64,000 nucleotides of DNA, taken from NCBI RefSeq assembly GCF_006345805.1, contig NC_043005.1, positions 72,044,001 to 72,108,000 of the forward strand, read 5' to 3'. This DNA is from Octopus sinensis (taxonomy: Eukaryota). A program made the translations under genes and the position numbers. The notes below the pieces were generated by a model, which was given only the letters and a program-made list of their open reading frames with translations, was not told the DNA's origin and searched no databases. Positions 51,998-64,000 of the stretch are shown here, one piece after another. How positions within the stretch are numbered: the first letter of the stretch is position 1; each line of letters begins with the position of its first letter.

Positions 51998-53345
51998 TAT
52001 ACACACGCACCCAAGATAAATATGCCATTATTTATAGCCTTATCTACTTTGAGTTTGACTGTTAAAATTATATATATATATATATTCTCATAAACAAACA
52101 TATATATATATATATTCTTTTATTAATAAAGTAATACTTGACTACAGTATAGTTGCTTCAGTACCTATCTGTGTCTTCTCAGATGTAAAGAAAAAAAAAA
52201 TATATTATTTCCTTAATAAAAGAAATATTGAGTCTACATTTATAGTGTATTGAATACTTTTTAAGTCATAGTCTGCTTGATTCTCGTTCAAGATTTAGAA
52301 CCAATGCATACATTCACATCAGTATATTTGCATAAGTGTGTTCACGTGTGTGTGTGTGTATGTGTGTGTGTGTGTATGTGTGTGCCAACAATGCAAATTC
52401 AATAAATGTGTGCAAGTTAAACAATGCAAGTTGTTGCAGAAGTCTGTGTTAGTATTTATATATATATAAATATATATCTGTAAACTCCGTTTGACCTGTG
52501 TGTGTGTGTTGCATGTGTATGTATATATCAATATTTTTATATATGTGATTAGATCGAAGAATGTTTCATCAGTTCTATATGTATGTATGCCAATTGCAGA
52601 ATATTATACTCTGCTGAAATGTACATGTGAGACATCTACAAAGGAATATCAGATGAATAGGTTTCCATTTCAACACAAGATAATAGAAATTGAAAGAATG
52701 GATAAATCTTTAGTTTTCTTATTATGACTCCATCTTATATTCTTACTGAAACATAGGGAGAAGAAAACAAAATTGCCCTTAAGATATTTGCACCTAAATT
52801 AAGGTATGGAGCTCACAATTAGCTTTCATTATCCAATTATACACCTGGATATCTTTAATTATAGTTGGAATCATATTTTCTCTCGTATTCATTTAAATAT
52901 TGCCAAAGCTGGGGTTATTTAAGAAGACCTTCTTAGAAAGGAAACGAATGGGTAGTGAACTTATTATTAAGAGAGCACAATGGACAAATTGGTTTATTAG
53001 TTTTTTCTTCTTTCAAGACTGGTTAGTATGTTTTTATTTACAAGATAGTCATTAATAAAATATTTATATGAATATGGGTGCAGTTAAGGAGTTTGCTTTG
53101 AAACCACGTAATTTCAGGTTCAAACCCACTGTCTGGCACCTTTGGCTATTAAGAGATTTCTGCAATAGCTCCAAGTTTACTCATATCTTATGAATGAATC
53201 TGGTTCTCAAGAAATGTTTGTCACATACATGCGCACACATACATATATGTATATGTGTGGTTGTGTATATGCTTGTTTGGAGAAAGATGGATTTAAATGT
53301 GTTCATAAATCTTGTTTTTGGTTCTGTGCTCATACTATCATATAA

Positions 53346-53501
53346 GACATTTTGTGCCCTCATGAGAAGTCTGGTGTATGTACTGTCAAGATGACATTGA
53401 AAGTCCTTCTTCATAATCCAGGTTTTGATTCCATAGAGAAATATACTTTCTACACATGTTGAGTTTGAAATATTTGATTGCCAGATGTTTTGAAGTTTGT
53501 C
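53346..53501 (-). mobile_element. RTE-like LINE RT-thumb fragment, same family type as 9293-9635
   Basis: DKLQNIWQSN..TCVESIFLYGIKTW...LDSTYTRLLMRAQNV. Confidence 0.75.
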
Positions 53502-53839
53502 TCAAAGTAGGGTTTGCTGGCCACAGGTAACTGCTGAACATTAGGCCACATTGGATGTTATATCTTGGAGACTTCTGTACCCTAACAGAGGATGAAAAAC
53601 ATTTACCTTCTTTGGTGTTATTGATACAGGCACTTAACATGGAACTGAAAATCTACCAATGCTAATAGGGTGGGGAGGGACAGCACTTCCTGGTGCAGCA
53701 TTGTAAGACACATCTCAGTTGCTACTGCTTGAAGTAGAAGTAATGGTGCTTCCACGACACAATGTAACCAAAATATGATCATGGAATAAAGATAAGAAGG
53801 GAAGTCATCAGATGATGTTAATATGATGGATAACATTTA

Positions 53840-54090
53840 TCATCATCATCATCATTTAACGTCCATTTTCCATGCTGGCATGGGTTAGACGGTTCGACAG
53901 GGATCTGGGAAGCCAGGAGGCTGTACCAGACCCCAATCTGATCTAGCAGTGTTTCTACAGCTGGTTGCCCTTCTTCGAGAGTGTAGTGGGTGCTTTTTAC
54001 ATGCCACTGGCACAGGGGCCAGAGGAGCTGGCAAACGGCCACGATCAGATGGTGCTTTTTACATGCCACCAGCATAGGGGTCATAACTAT
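53840..54090 (-). mobile_element. Retroposon family R (2 units)
   Basis: Colinear with 23484-23822. Confidence 0.8.
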
Positions 54091-56681
54091 CACTACTTAA
54101 TGTCTGTCTTTTATGTTGGCATGGGTATGATGTTTCAATGGGTGTTGATGCACAAGCAGGCAATGTCTTGCTGTAGAAGAGTTACATGGTTACCTCCAGT
54201 TGGAAATAGAGAGGAAAATGGTGGTGATGCAGAGTCAGGGCATATCTCTGAAGGTACATGAAGAGGACTATAAGAAAGAACAAAGGCAGAGGATCAGAAA
54301 GTATGTGTGTCTGTGGTATAATTATTTTATAGCATGTTGGATGTTGATTTTCTCCTTACCCAGCAAAATGTTATCAATGTGAAAAAAATACATTCATATA
54401 AGAAGCAATTATTGTGATTTCCATAGTTGTCTTTGGCTGAACAGACATCTGAGCACAAAAGTCTTCCAGCCATGACCATCCCATGTATTTATTAACATGG
54501 TAGGGTGTAATTTATAAGGAATTTCGCAGCTATTTCTTGCATGCCTAGTGACTATATGGGAGCTCCTTCTTTGATTCTTTAGATCAATAGTTTATTGTTT
54601 ACATACTGTAATATAATTCATTATGGCTTTGACATTTCTTTTTTACATCACTGAAATATATTAAAATTACATAAGAATATAATTTAACACATTAAATTCT
54701 GACTTTGTAGTTTGTATTTGAATTTGCTTTCTTTTTCATAATTCCATTACACTTTACTGTTTTCCAACTGGTTTTTAAATCTGTAATAAATCATAATATT
54801 ACTATTGCCATCAAAACTAATTCATATTAGTTTAGTTCAATTAGAGCTTGTCACACTTCTTTTAAATCTTTGATATTTTTTTGCTTTTTGTTTTTCTTTT
54901 CATTTTACTTTGTAGATTTAGAAAGTTAATCATGGATATGACATGTTGATTCATAAAATAGTCACCATTTTAAAAGGAAAAAAAAAAAATCCATCATATT
55001 TGTATTAATCGTATGCTTTAAACACATATATAGTTTCTCCTAACATAATTCATAAATCCAGCTTGCATGCATTAGTAGCTGATTTTTTTAATATCTTGTT
55101 TAGAAATAAATGGTAAATTAGTGACAGAAAGAATATTTTAATATGAATATGTATGATGTAAAATAGAAGAAAAACAAAACAAATAAATGTCCATGGTGGA
55201 ATATAACAAGAGCAATGTCTGTGCTATAGCAAAAGAAAGCTACTCGAAAAATGAATCCTCGGAAAAAAATACAAAAATAGTAAAATGCATGTAAAATTAA
55301 TGATCAGCAAATTTCATCTTTTTGTAATCATTTCATTGATATATATTGATCAAGAATATTTTCTTATGCTTATATTATTAAAGTGATTTGGCTTCTTGAG
55401 AGAAATGCTTATGAATGTTGGAATGTTTTTCCTATGGTAGCCATGTTTATTGTAATGGCTACCATAAAATGGTTGACATTTATCCGTGTAATTAAAGTTA
55501 TAACGAACATAGCTTCTGTCATGGACTACCATTCCACTAATGGTTGGAGATTGTCACAGTGTTTACAGCATACTATAAAAGTCACAAAGAAAATTATTGC
55601 TTCCACAAAAAACAACTTGAAAATTCTATAAACCCAACATTTGGTATTTTCATATTCTGTACTGTCTTTGAATAATGGCAGAAAATTATTTTTGCTTAAC
55701 TAGTTGTCTGTAGATATTGAGATAGCAACATGGGGCACAATATTAGCAACCACAATGGTAATTATTCCAAAATCATCTTTCAGATCTTTCATCACAGAGC
55801 TAATTTCTTTGAATTGAAAACTCAGTTCATTTCTTATTAATCTTAACTAATGTCAAAAATTTCAAACAGTTACCATTTGTTATATTTCGCTTTCATAGGT
55901 AGGAGGTGTGGAAGAATAGTCTGCTTTTACTTCTGGTAATCATCAACATTTGTTGATTTTTATTGGTAGAAAGTTTGAGATCTTCAAACAACTAAATTCA
56001 TTTAATGAGAATTTGGAGTTGTGTTGGCCCTGACTAAACAGTCTCAAGATGGAATGAACTCTCTAGACATGACCATTCTGTCTTATTTTCATCTGTCATC
56101 ATAAAGAAGGGCATCAAACTATAGGCACCATGCCAAAGTAGACAGTAGAACTTGGTACAGTCTTTTGACTTGCCAGCTCCTATCAAACCATCCAACTCAT
56201 GCCAGCATGGAAAACAGACGTTAAATGATGATGGTGATGGCGATGATAATAATAATAAGTATAACTTGAGCTATATTATTCATCGGGAATTTATAAGACA
56301 CAAAGATGTGGTTTGAGAGGGGATTTAGCTGCTATTTTTAGCAGATTGGGTACCCCCCCACCCTGTGTTGCTAACTTAATCAGTAATTTTCATCAAGGGT
56401 TGATTAAGTCTCTTGATAACTTTTATGGAACACGTGTGACAGTTAAGAAGTATCAATTGAATACTAGGGTTGATTTGACTTACTCTTCGCCCAAACATGT
56501 TGGCTTTGTGCCAAAAATTTGAAATCAGTATTGATTTCCAGACTAGTTACTAGTTTTTCTCAGAATACAATTTCAAATATGCCCTCCATATTTTGTAATA
56601 AGTTGCTAGATTAGGATTTGAAGTAGATTTGGCTGTTATTTCTAGCAGCTCAATTGATTATATCAAGGCGCACTGTTTATC

Positions 56682-57042
56682 ATCATCATCATCGTTTAAC
56701 GTCCGTTTTCCATGCTAGAATAGGTTGGACGGTTTGACCGGGGTCTGGGAAGCCAGGAGGCTGCCCCAGGCTCCAGTCTGATCTGGCAGTGTTTCTACAG
56801 CTGGATGCCCTTCCTAATGCCAACCACTCCGTGAGTGTAGTGGGTACTTTTTAAGTGCCACTGGCACAGGTGCCAGGGGAGGCTGGCAACGGCTACAATT
56901 GGTTGGTGCTTTTTATGTGCCACCAGCACGGAGGCCAGTCAAGGCGGTGCTGGCCAGTCAAGATGGTGCTTTTTATGTGCAGCTGGCTCAGATGCCAGGG
57001 AGGCTGGCAATGGCCACGATCGGTTGGTGCTTTTTACATGCC
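56682..57042 (-). mobile_element. Retroposon family R (4 units)
   Basis: Four GGT.CTTTTT units. Confidence 0.85.
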
Positions 57043-57719
57043 AACTTTAGAGAAATCATAAGTTTTGTAACTGCCAAATATCTTCCACTTAAGTTATCAA
57101 TGAAATCAATCATCCTTTCATCAAAGCCACTGGTCTGCCACACCTGTAGTGATTGGTCATAAACCTGCTAAAAATATTAGCTAAATCTCCCTCAAACCAC
57201 ACTCTTAAATAAGTATACATTGAATAATAAAGTACAAGGTATACTATGCCTGAAAACCGATGGGATAGTCATGACTAGAATTTCTTTGATCTGCCACATG
57301 CAATTAGTATGTATTAAACCAACTGATCTAGCCCCAAGCAGTTAGTATACATTAAGTATATTAATCTAGCCCCAAGCAGTTTGTATGTATTAAACATAAC
57401 TTCACAAAATACACCATAACTAGAAATTTTTTATAGCTAGATAACATTCAAGGAAGTTATTTTTTATATATTAAATTTTTTATTTATCTGCATTAGTATT
57501 TTTATATTTCATGTTGTATTTATTTAAACATTTAACTAAACGTTTCCACCTCATTAAGAATTAAGTTGTGAAAGCATGTAAGCTTATTGAGATTTATTTC
57601 TAGCTTTCATGAGGATTTTCATAATGTAAAAGTTATAATTATCTCACTGACTCCTTAATATCTAGATTTATTATACAGATATGTTATTTTAAGTATGAGT
57701 GTAGGTGTAGGCATGACTG

Positions 57720-58038
57720 TCATCATCATCATCATCGTTTAACATCCGTTTTCTGCGCTAGCACGGGTTGGACGGTTCGACCGGGGTCTGGAAAGCCAGG
57801 GGCTGCACCAGGCTCCAGTCTGATCTGGCAGTGCTTCTACAACTTGATGCCCTTCCTAACGCCAACCACTCCACGAGTGTAGTGGGTGCTTTTTACGTGC
57901 CACTGGCACAGGTGCCAGGGGAGTCTGGCATTGGCCACAATTGGTTGGTGCTTTTAACGTGCCACCAGCATGGAAGCCAGTCAAGGCGGCGCTGGCATCG
58001 ACCACGTTCGGATGGTGCTTTTTATGTGCCACCGGCAC
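57720..58038 (-). mobile_element. Retroposon family R (3 units), CpG-retaining
   Basis: Units at ~57885, ~57947 and ~58014. Confidence 0.85.
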
Positions 58039-59022
58039 ATGGTTAAGAAATTTTCTTCATCACTGCATGGCTTTAGGTTCAGTCCTGTTGCATGGTACCT
58101 TGGGAAAATGCCTTCTACTATAACCTCAGTCTAACCAAAACCTTGTGAGTGGACTTGGATCATGGAAAATGAAAGGGGTTTTTCATGTGTATGTATATAC
58201 ATAAAGTAAGGAATATATATAAAACCATAAATGATAGAAAAATAGTTTGATGAAATTTTATTTAACAAGAAGAAAAATTTTATCATCATGACAACTTGTT
58301 TTGTAACTTAAATCCATATAAATAATTTATGCTATTATATTCAATAATAAATAGATTACTTGCATGCCTACATTTATGCAAAATGCGAAGAATTCTTCAA
58401 AATAATGCCGAATTTAAGCTATATCCTCAGGTGAAAGAAAGTTTTTGTTAAACTGACCTTCATGGAATTTGAAATCAGAATGTGAAGAGCTGAAAAAAAT
58501 ACCACTAAACATTTTATCTGATGCTCAAACAATACACCTGTACAATGATATTGTATGCCCTGATCATGGAAAGTAAAGTTGACAACTCCTGGCATGTTTC
58601 AGTCTTATTGTATCTCCTCTGCAAAGCATAACCATTTCCATCCTTGCCAGATTAATAAGAGAATCGTTATATTAATGTACAATAATATCATAATGACTGA
58701 GAAAAATACTCTGGGATGCTAGTCACATGGAAAATAACAGTGACGATATACTTAATGTACTGAGAAGGGTAAAAATATCTAAGTAAGAAATAATTATGCT
58801 GCTCTTGCCAAAATGGTATAAAATTAATTTTAACCATTAAGTTTCCTTCTCTTTTCACTGCTAAATTATTAATTAATTACATAATTATTATTATTAAGTA
58901 AATATGCACTGGGTATGATAGTATGCACTTGGCTGTTATTTTTCATGCAGATAACAACTCTAAGAAAACTTCTGCCAATCACTATGACTTTATTTTTTCT
59001 CTCCCTCTCCATCCTCCTCTCT

Positions 59023-59062
<40 letters not shown>

Positions 59063-59337
59063 TACCTGTTTACAGGGAAATGAATAAGGTAACATGTTCA
59101 AGTGAACAAGATTTAAAAAAAAATATTAATTAATTAAAATTTTAAAAAAAAGTTTAGTAATTTATGCAAGTCGTTCTTTCTATTCTTGGGAGTTTCATTT
59201 GCAACAAGATTAATTTCATTTTTCAAATCAACATCTAAATCCGTCTGAAAATGAAATGAACCAATGTAGTTACTATATTGTTTCTTCTCATATTTAGGCT
59301 CTACTATTTCAGTCACTCTTTTAATGTAATTATTATA

Positions 59338-59690
59338 TGCTGCGTGGTAAGAGCTTTGCTTCTCAACCACATTGGTTCAGGTTCATTTCCACTGTGTGGC
59401 ACCTTGGGCAAGTTTCTTCTACTGCAGCCCCAGGACAACCAAAGCCTTGTGAGTGGGTTTGGTAGACAGAAACTGAAAGAAGCCCATAGACATAGCTGTG
59501 TAGTAAGAAGCTTGCTTTCCAGCCACATAGTTCTGGGTTTTATCCCACTGCATGGCATCTTGGGCGAGTATAACCTTGGGCTGATAAATGCTTTGTGAAT
59601 GGATTTGGTAGGTGGAAACTGAAAGAAACCCATCGTGTGTGTCTGTGTATCTTTGTGTCTATGTCTGTTCCCCTTAGTTGAAAGACACCT
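59338..59690 (+). mobile_element. Two tandem family C SINE heads
   Basis: Head repeated at ~59338-59485 and ~59490-59635. Confidence 0.75.
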
Positions 59691-59967
59691 GTTGTTAATG
59701 TCCTGTTATTTGTATTTGTGTACCATTTCTCAGTTTTTTTCCATCCTTGTTTCCACATACATTCGCTGCTTTATTCCAAGGAATCTATTGCTCTTAGCTT
59801 AGTGTTTCTTTGGGGATGGCCAGATTGGGGCAATCTCGAGTATAGCCAGCTGAAATTGCAAAGATAATCTGGAACTCAACTGAGGAAAGAAAACTCTGAA
59901 TAACTCGTCCTTGTTTTCTTTGTATCGTCTGTTTGACTGTTTTGCGTTCTTGTTCCATTTTTGTATT

Positions 59968-60015
<48 letters not shown>

Positions 60016-60712
60016 TATTGTAATTGAAAATGACATATCTTCTATTGGCTGGTCAGTATCCTAAATGCCATGATTCTACAACATTAACAACAGTTGTTAT
60101 TGTCTGTTATTGTTTGATAAACTTCAGGGTCAGTACCATTATCCTACTTAGAAATCATGTATCATTAGCATCACAAAATGGTGTTGAAGAATCTTTGCAT
60201 TTTTCATTTCTTGAGAGAGATCAATGATACTTAATCTTTAAGAGTCATATAAGCTTTGAAAGAAGAACAAAAAATAAAGAAAAGCGCACTCATTCATTTT
60301 TTTGTAAAAATATATTTCCTTGATGTATTGAAAGCTGCATTATATATCTCTATCAATATTTTTGATCATGTTGGAAACTCTTGTAGACTCACAGACAAAC
60401 CTCTTCACTTGGGAATTATTCATAAAGACGACTGTAGACATTTGAAGAAGTAGTGTTGAAGAATTTAATTAACACCTGAATTTTTAAATATGTTCTTCCT
60501 AGAAAACATCTAATTATTGAGTAATTTAAATAGATATCTAATTTTCTTTTATAATCACACCATATACTTTGGTAGTTGCATAGCAATCTAGATATCATTT
60601 ATCTATCTTTTTTATTTTTAATGAATGTTTTTCTTTTATTTTTCCACTAATATAGAAGGAAATCCACTAATAAGAATAGCACACTGCAAACTCTTGATCA
60701 ACACACACACAC

Positions 60713-60773
<61 letters not shown>

Positions 60774-61075
60774 AAATGTGTAACCATTAACTGAATCAAG
60801 ATGCCTGTAATATATAAGCAGTGTGAAACGTTTATTACTTAAAGATTGGCAGTGATTGCAAAGTTTTACTAAATGAAACTTTTCACACTAACAGCTTAAA
60901 AAGCTCCATTACAATAATATATATATAAAGCATTGATATATAAAAATTATATAAAGGATGTTTGTTAGTTACTAATACAGAAAAGGAGAAAAATCCGTCT
61001 GGCATTTCCTTTCTGTCCCTCAGCCAGGGAGGCACTGTAGCCATTCTGGGGCATTGGCATATGTTTATATATATA

Positions 61076-61265
61076 GGGAGAATTTCATGAAAAAAACATA
61101 AGACAAAGACAGGTAGTGTAGAAAACAAACAGATGTATTAGTATAAGGCTCAGGAACTGAAAAAGTCTTTTATGTTTCGAGCCTATGCTTGTCTACAGAA
61201 AGGAACACAGAAAGAAACAAGGAGAGAAAAAAAATGTGTGTAGTGGCTACCGATCTATCATGATG
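61076..61265 (-). mobile_element. Family H3 short element
   Basis: Reverse complement of 45741-45940; hammerhead-like motif 61167-61202. Confidence 0.75.
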
Positions 61266-61401
61266 AATAGTAATATTCCACTTAGGTATTGCAATTCTAA
61301 TAAGTGGTGTAGAACTCAATATATGTATGCTTCTAAATGGAGTCTCAGTTGAGAACAGAGTCGTAATAAGAAAAAGAAATGACAAAGAAATAAATGATTG
61401 T

Positions 61402-61570
61402 CTTCATTAGCTTACAGCTGTTTCTGCAGACTCATAACTGAGTACCTGAATAACATCTTACAGCTTCATCAGAGCCTGAAACACAAAGTGAGGCTCTGTA
61501 AGATGTTACTTAGTTACTCAACTATGAGTCCACCACATCTGATAGTGAAAACAACTGTAAGCTAATTAAG
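61402..61570 (-). ncRNA. Foldback pair of hammerhead units, intact core on the minus strand
   Basis: Minus strand: AGGCT CTGATGA (61472-61466) A GC..GC A GAAAC AGCT GTA AGCT; the + strand copy lacks the core. Confidence 0.65.
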
Positions 61571-61804
61571 TTTTAAATAAGATAATCAGTTACTTCTTCG
61601 TAATCTTTTTTTTTCTTATATATCTTGAATATAAATTGGTGCAGAAAATAAAAATGCTTGCATTCTGAAGATACTTGATACTTATGTCACTATGACCTAT
61701 GGAAATGCAGTGAACCACCGATTAACCTGTTGAAAAACTATAAAGTATAATGTTATTGTTTACAAATGCATGTATGATAATGAATATTTTAAAATATGTA
61801 GTTT

Positions 61805-62027
61805 ATGCGTGTGGTGCTGAAAAGTCCCTGGTTTTAAGGGTAAAATGAAAAGCCTGCTTGCTGGCCCAACTTTCCAAGTCTTTGTACAGAGCTTAGAAAA
61901 TCTGAAGGATCACTGCAATAAGTGTGTGAACCAGAGAAGGGGAATATATTGAATAAAATCATAACTACCTGAACTGCCTGCATTTTTCTTTTACCCAAAG
62001 CCAGGAATTTTCCAGCACCCTCTCACA
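61805..62027 (+). mobile_element. Mariner-derived MITE
   Basis: TIRs GGTGCTGAAAAGTCCCTGGTTTT / AAAGCCAGGAATTTTCCAGCACC; internal remnant resembling the mariner C-terminus (..KCVN..GEYIE*). Confidence 0.7.
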
Positions 62028-62164
62028 TGTGTGTGTATGTGTGTGTGTGAGAGAGTTTGTTTTTGTGTTTATCAGTCATTGTATGACAACTGGTATTGAT
62101 CAGTTTTATGTCCCTGCAGCTTACCAGTTCAGCAAAATTTGACTGATAGAGTAATTATCAAACT

Positions 62165-62372
62165 TTGGCCATATCCAGCTCAAATATTCTACTTGTTTTG
62201 TGTTCAAAATGGCTAGATCTAACCTCTCACGCTTACTCTATAATGCCCTTCTAAAATATATACAATCACATTATCAAAATCTCAAAACTGCAAGATAATA
62301 CATGATTAATTCAAAACTATATGAATAAATATGTATTACATTTGTCTGAATAACATGAATGCTAAACAGTTA
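62165..62372 (+). mobile_element. piggyBac-like MITE remnant
   Basis: Ends AATGCTAAACAG-TTAA; left end missing; family recognised from memory. Confidence 0.4.
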
Positions 62373-63067
62373 AAATAAAACTTGAGATTGATTAAATCCT
62401 TCAAATCTGTACTCCAAGGTGGTTATAGTTCAATAACCAAAACAAACAAATGAAAATATGCCTGAAAGATGCCAATAAACGAAACTTTTTGCTCTTGAGT
62501 CACTTAGTAACTTCTCTCTGATTAAATTAAATTATGTGTTTGAACATATTATCTTCAATTTAGTAGCTCGGTACTATAAACACTGAGCAACTAGTATGTT
62601 TTTGATTTCAGTTTGTAAAGGAATATAGCTTTAAAAAAAAAATGTTCTGAATTTTTATTTTATTCTCAAAATGTGAAAATTTTTTTTATATCATTTTTTA
62701 ATTATTCTTTAAAATACATCAAAGTAAAGAAACCATCGTCAATCTGTTTGCAGCTAAAGCTAAGGAGTGTTATTTTGAATAACTTTTCTGAGAATTATTT
62801 GTAAGCAGCTGTGTTATTAAGATATATTATTTTGGCAAATCATATACTAACCCCCACCACAGAGTATGAAATGCGTTACCAGTTTGTCTACTTCCATAAA
62901 TGAATTCTGTAAGATCTAAATAGAAATAAATGATAGATAAGGTAATTATATAGATCAAGTCTTATATTTATTGAACATAAGATTTACTTGCTTTGGAAAT
63001 TTGGTAAATACTATCTATAGAAATGTTGATTTCATTATGCTGATTCTTAAGTTAGAAAACAACAAAC

Positions 63068-63649
63068 ATGAGCAAACATTAGTGTGTGGGAATATAGTTT
63101 CTTATTGCAGAATCTTTTGATGAACTGACAAACTTTGAAATTTGAGCTGGGTTCAGTTATAATACATGAAAGGGAATAGGGCTAGACTAATCTACTCACT
63201 GGTGTTCTTTGTATTGATTTGTAAGAAAGGAGCTGGAGGTCTTTGATTCTCTGTTGTGAATGAAATTAATGAATATAGAGAAGGTACAGTGGAATTTTAG
63301 GTAGACTCAGAAAGAAGCAGAATTTTAGTAGTACAAGATATACTGGATTATGTAGCAGTCAGAATAAACCAGAATCTAAATTAAGAAGTGAAATAGAACC
63401 AGTATGTGTGTGTGTTTGTTATTGACGTGGTGACCCACCCAAGATACAACAAAATATATTTCAATGAGCAAACATTGGTGAGTGGGAATATAGTTTCTTA
63501 TTGCAGAATCTTTTGATGAAATGACAAACTTTGAAATTTGAGCTGGGTTCAGTCATAATACACGAAAGTGAATAGGGCTAGACTAATCTACTCGGTGGTG
63601 TTCTTTGTATTGATTTGTAAGAAAGGAGCTGGAGGTTTTTGATTCTCTG
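63068..63649. repeat. 186-bp direct repeat (63068-63253 and 63464-63649)
   Basis: Offset 396, about 94% identical by eye. Confidence 0.95.
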
Positions 63650-64000
63650 CTATGAGTGGCTGTGTGGTAAGTAGCTTGTTTACCAGCCATATGGTTCCGG
63701 GTTCAGTCCCACTGTGTGGCACCTTGGGCAAGTGTCTTCTACTATAGCCTCGGGTCGACCAAAGCCTTGTGAGTGGATTTGGTGGACGGAAACTGTAAAA
63801 AAAGCCCATCGTATATATGCATATATATGTGGTGTCTGTGTTTGTCCCCTCCAATATCACAACCGATGCTGGTGAGCTTACGTCCCCGTAACTTAGTGGT
63901 TCGGCAAAAGAGACCGATAGAATAAGTACTAGGCTTACAAAGAATAAGTCCTGGGGTCGATTTGCTCAACTAAAGGCGGTGCTCCAGCATGGCCACAGTC
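63650..64000 (+). mobile_element. SINE family C running off the window end
   Basis: Colinear with 1121-1515. Confidence 0.9.

Noticed and set aside
57301-57395. About 2.5 units of a ~38-bp tandem repeat
   Set aside because: Small slippage duplication with no further signal
57885-58038. CRISPR-like look of family R (hairpin repeat plus ~37-bp spacers)
   Set aside because: Spacers are diverged homologues of each other and recur at equivalent positions in all copies; eukaryotic context, no cas genes

Overview
AT-rich eukaryotic DNA, most likely a coleoid cephalopod such as Octopus (inferred from the microsatellite load and SINE repertoire, not from a database hit). It is probably intronic or intergenic. 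I recognise no host protein-coding gene; nearly all supplied ORFs are microsatellite or antisense-repeat artefacts. Recognisable coding sequence comes only from transposons: a Dong/R4 restriction-like endonuclease ORF inserted in (TAA)n, three RTE-clade fragments, a Tx1/L1 fragment, a Chapaev3-like transposase relic and a deleted mariner. The window also holds several modular tRNA-derived SINE families, hAT, mariner and piggyBac-like MITEs, a complete non-autonomous Helitron, local tandem duplications (one of 1.5 kb) and a 92-bp spacerless palindrome. The main hunt result is a set of at least seven distinct sequence contexts carrying minimal type I hammerhead-ribozyme-like motifs (CUGANGA, stem II, GAAA, palindromic stem III, NUH, stem I). 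They occur in a tRNA-headed SINE with a perfect target-site duplication (TSD), a direct-repeat retrozyme-like unit, two head-to-head foldback pairs and a three-copy family with a variant core. All structures were assigned by eye; no folding or homology search was run.
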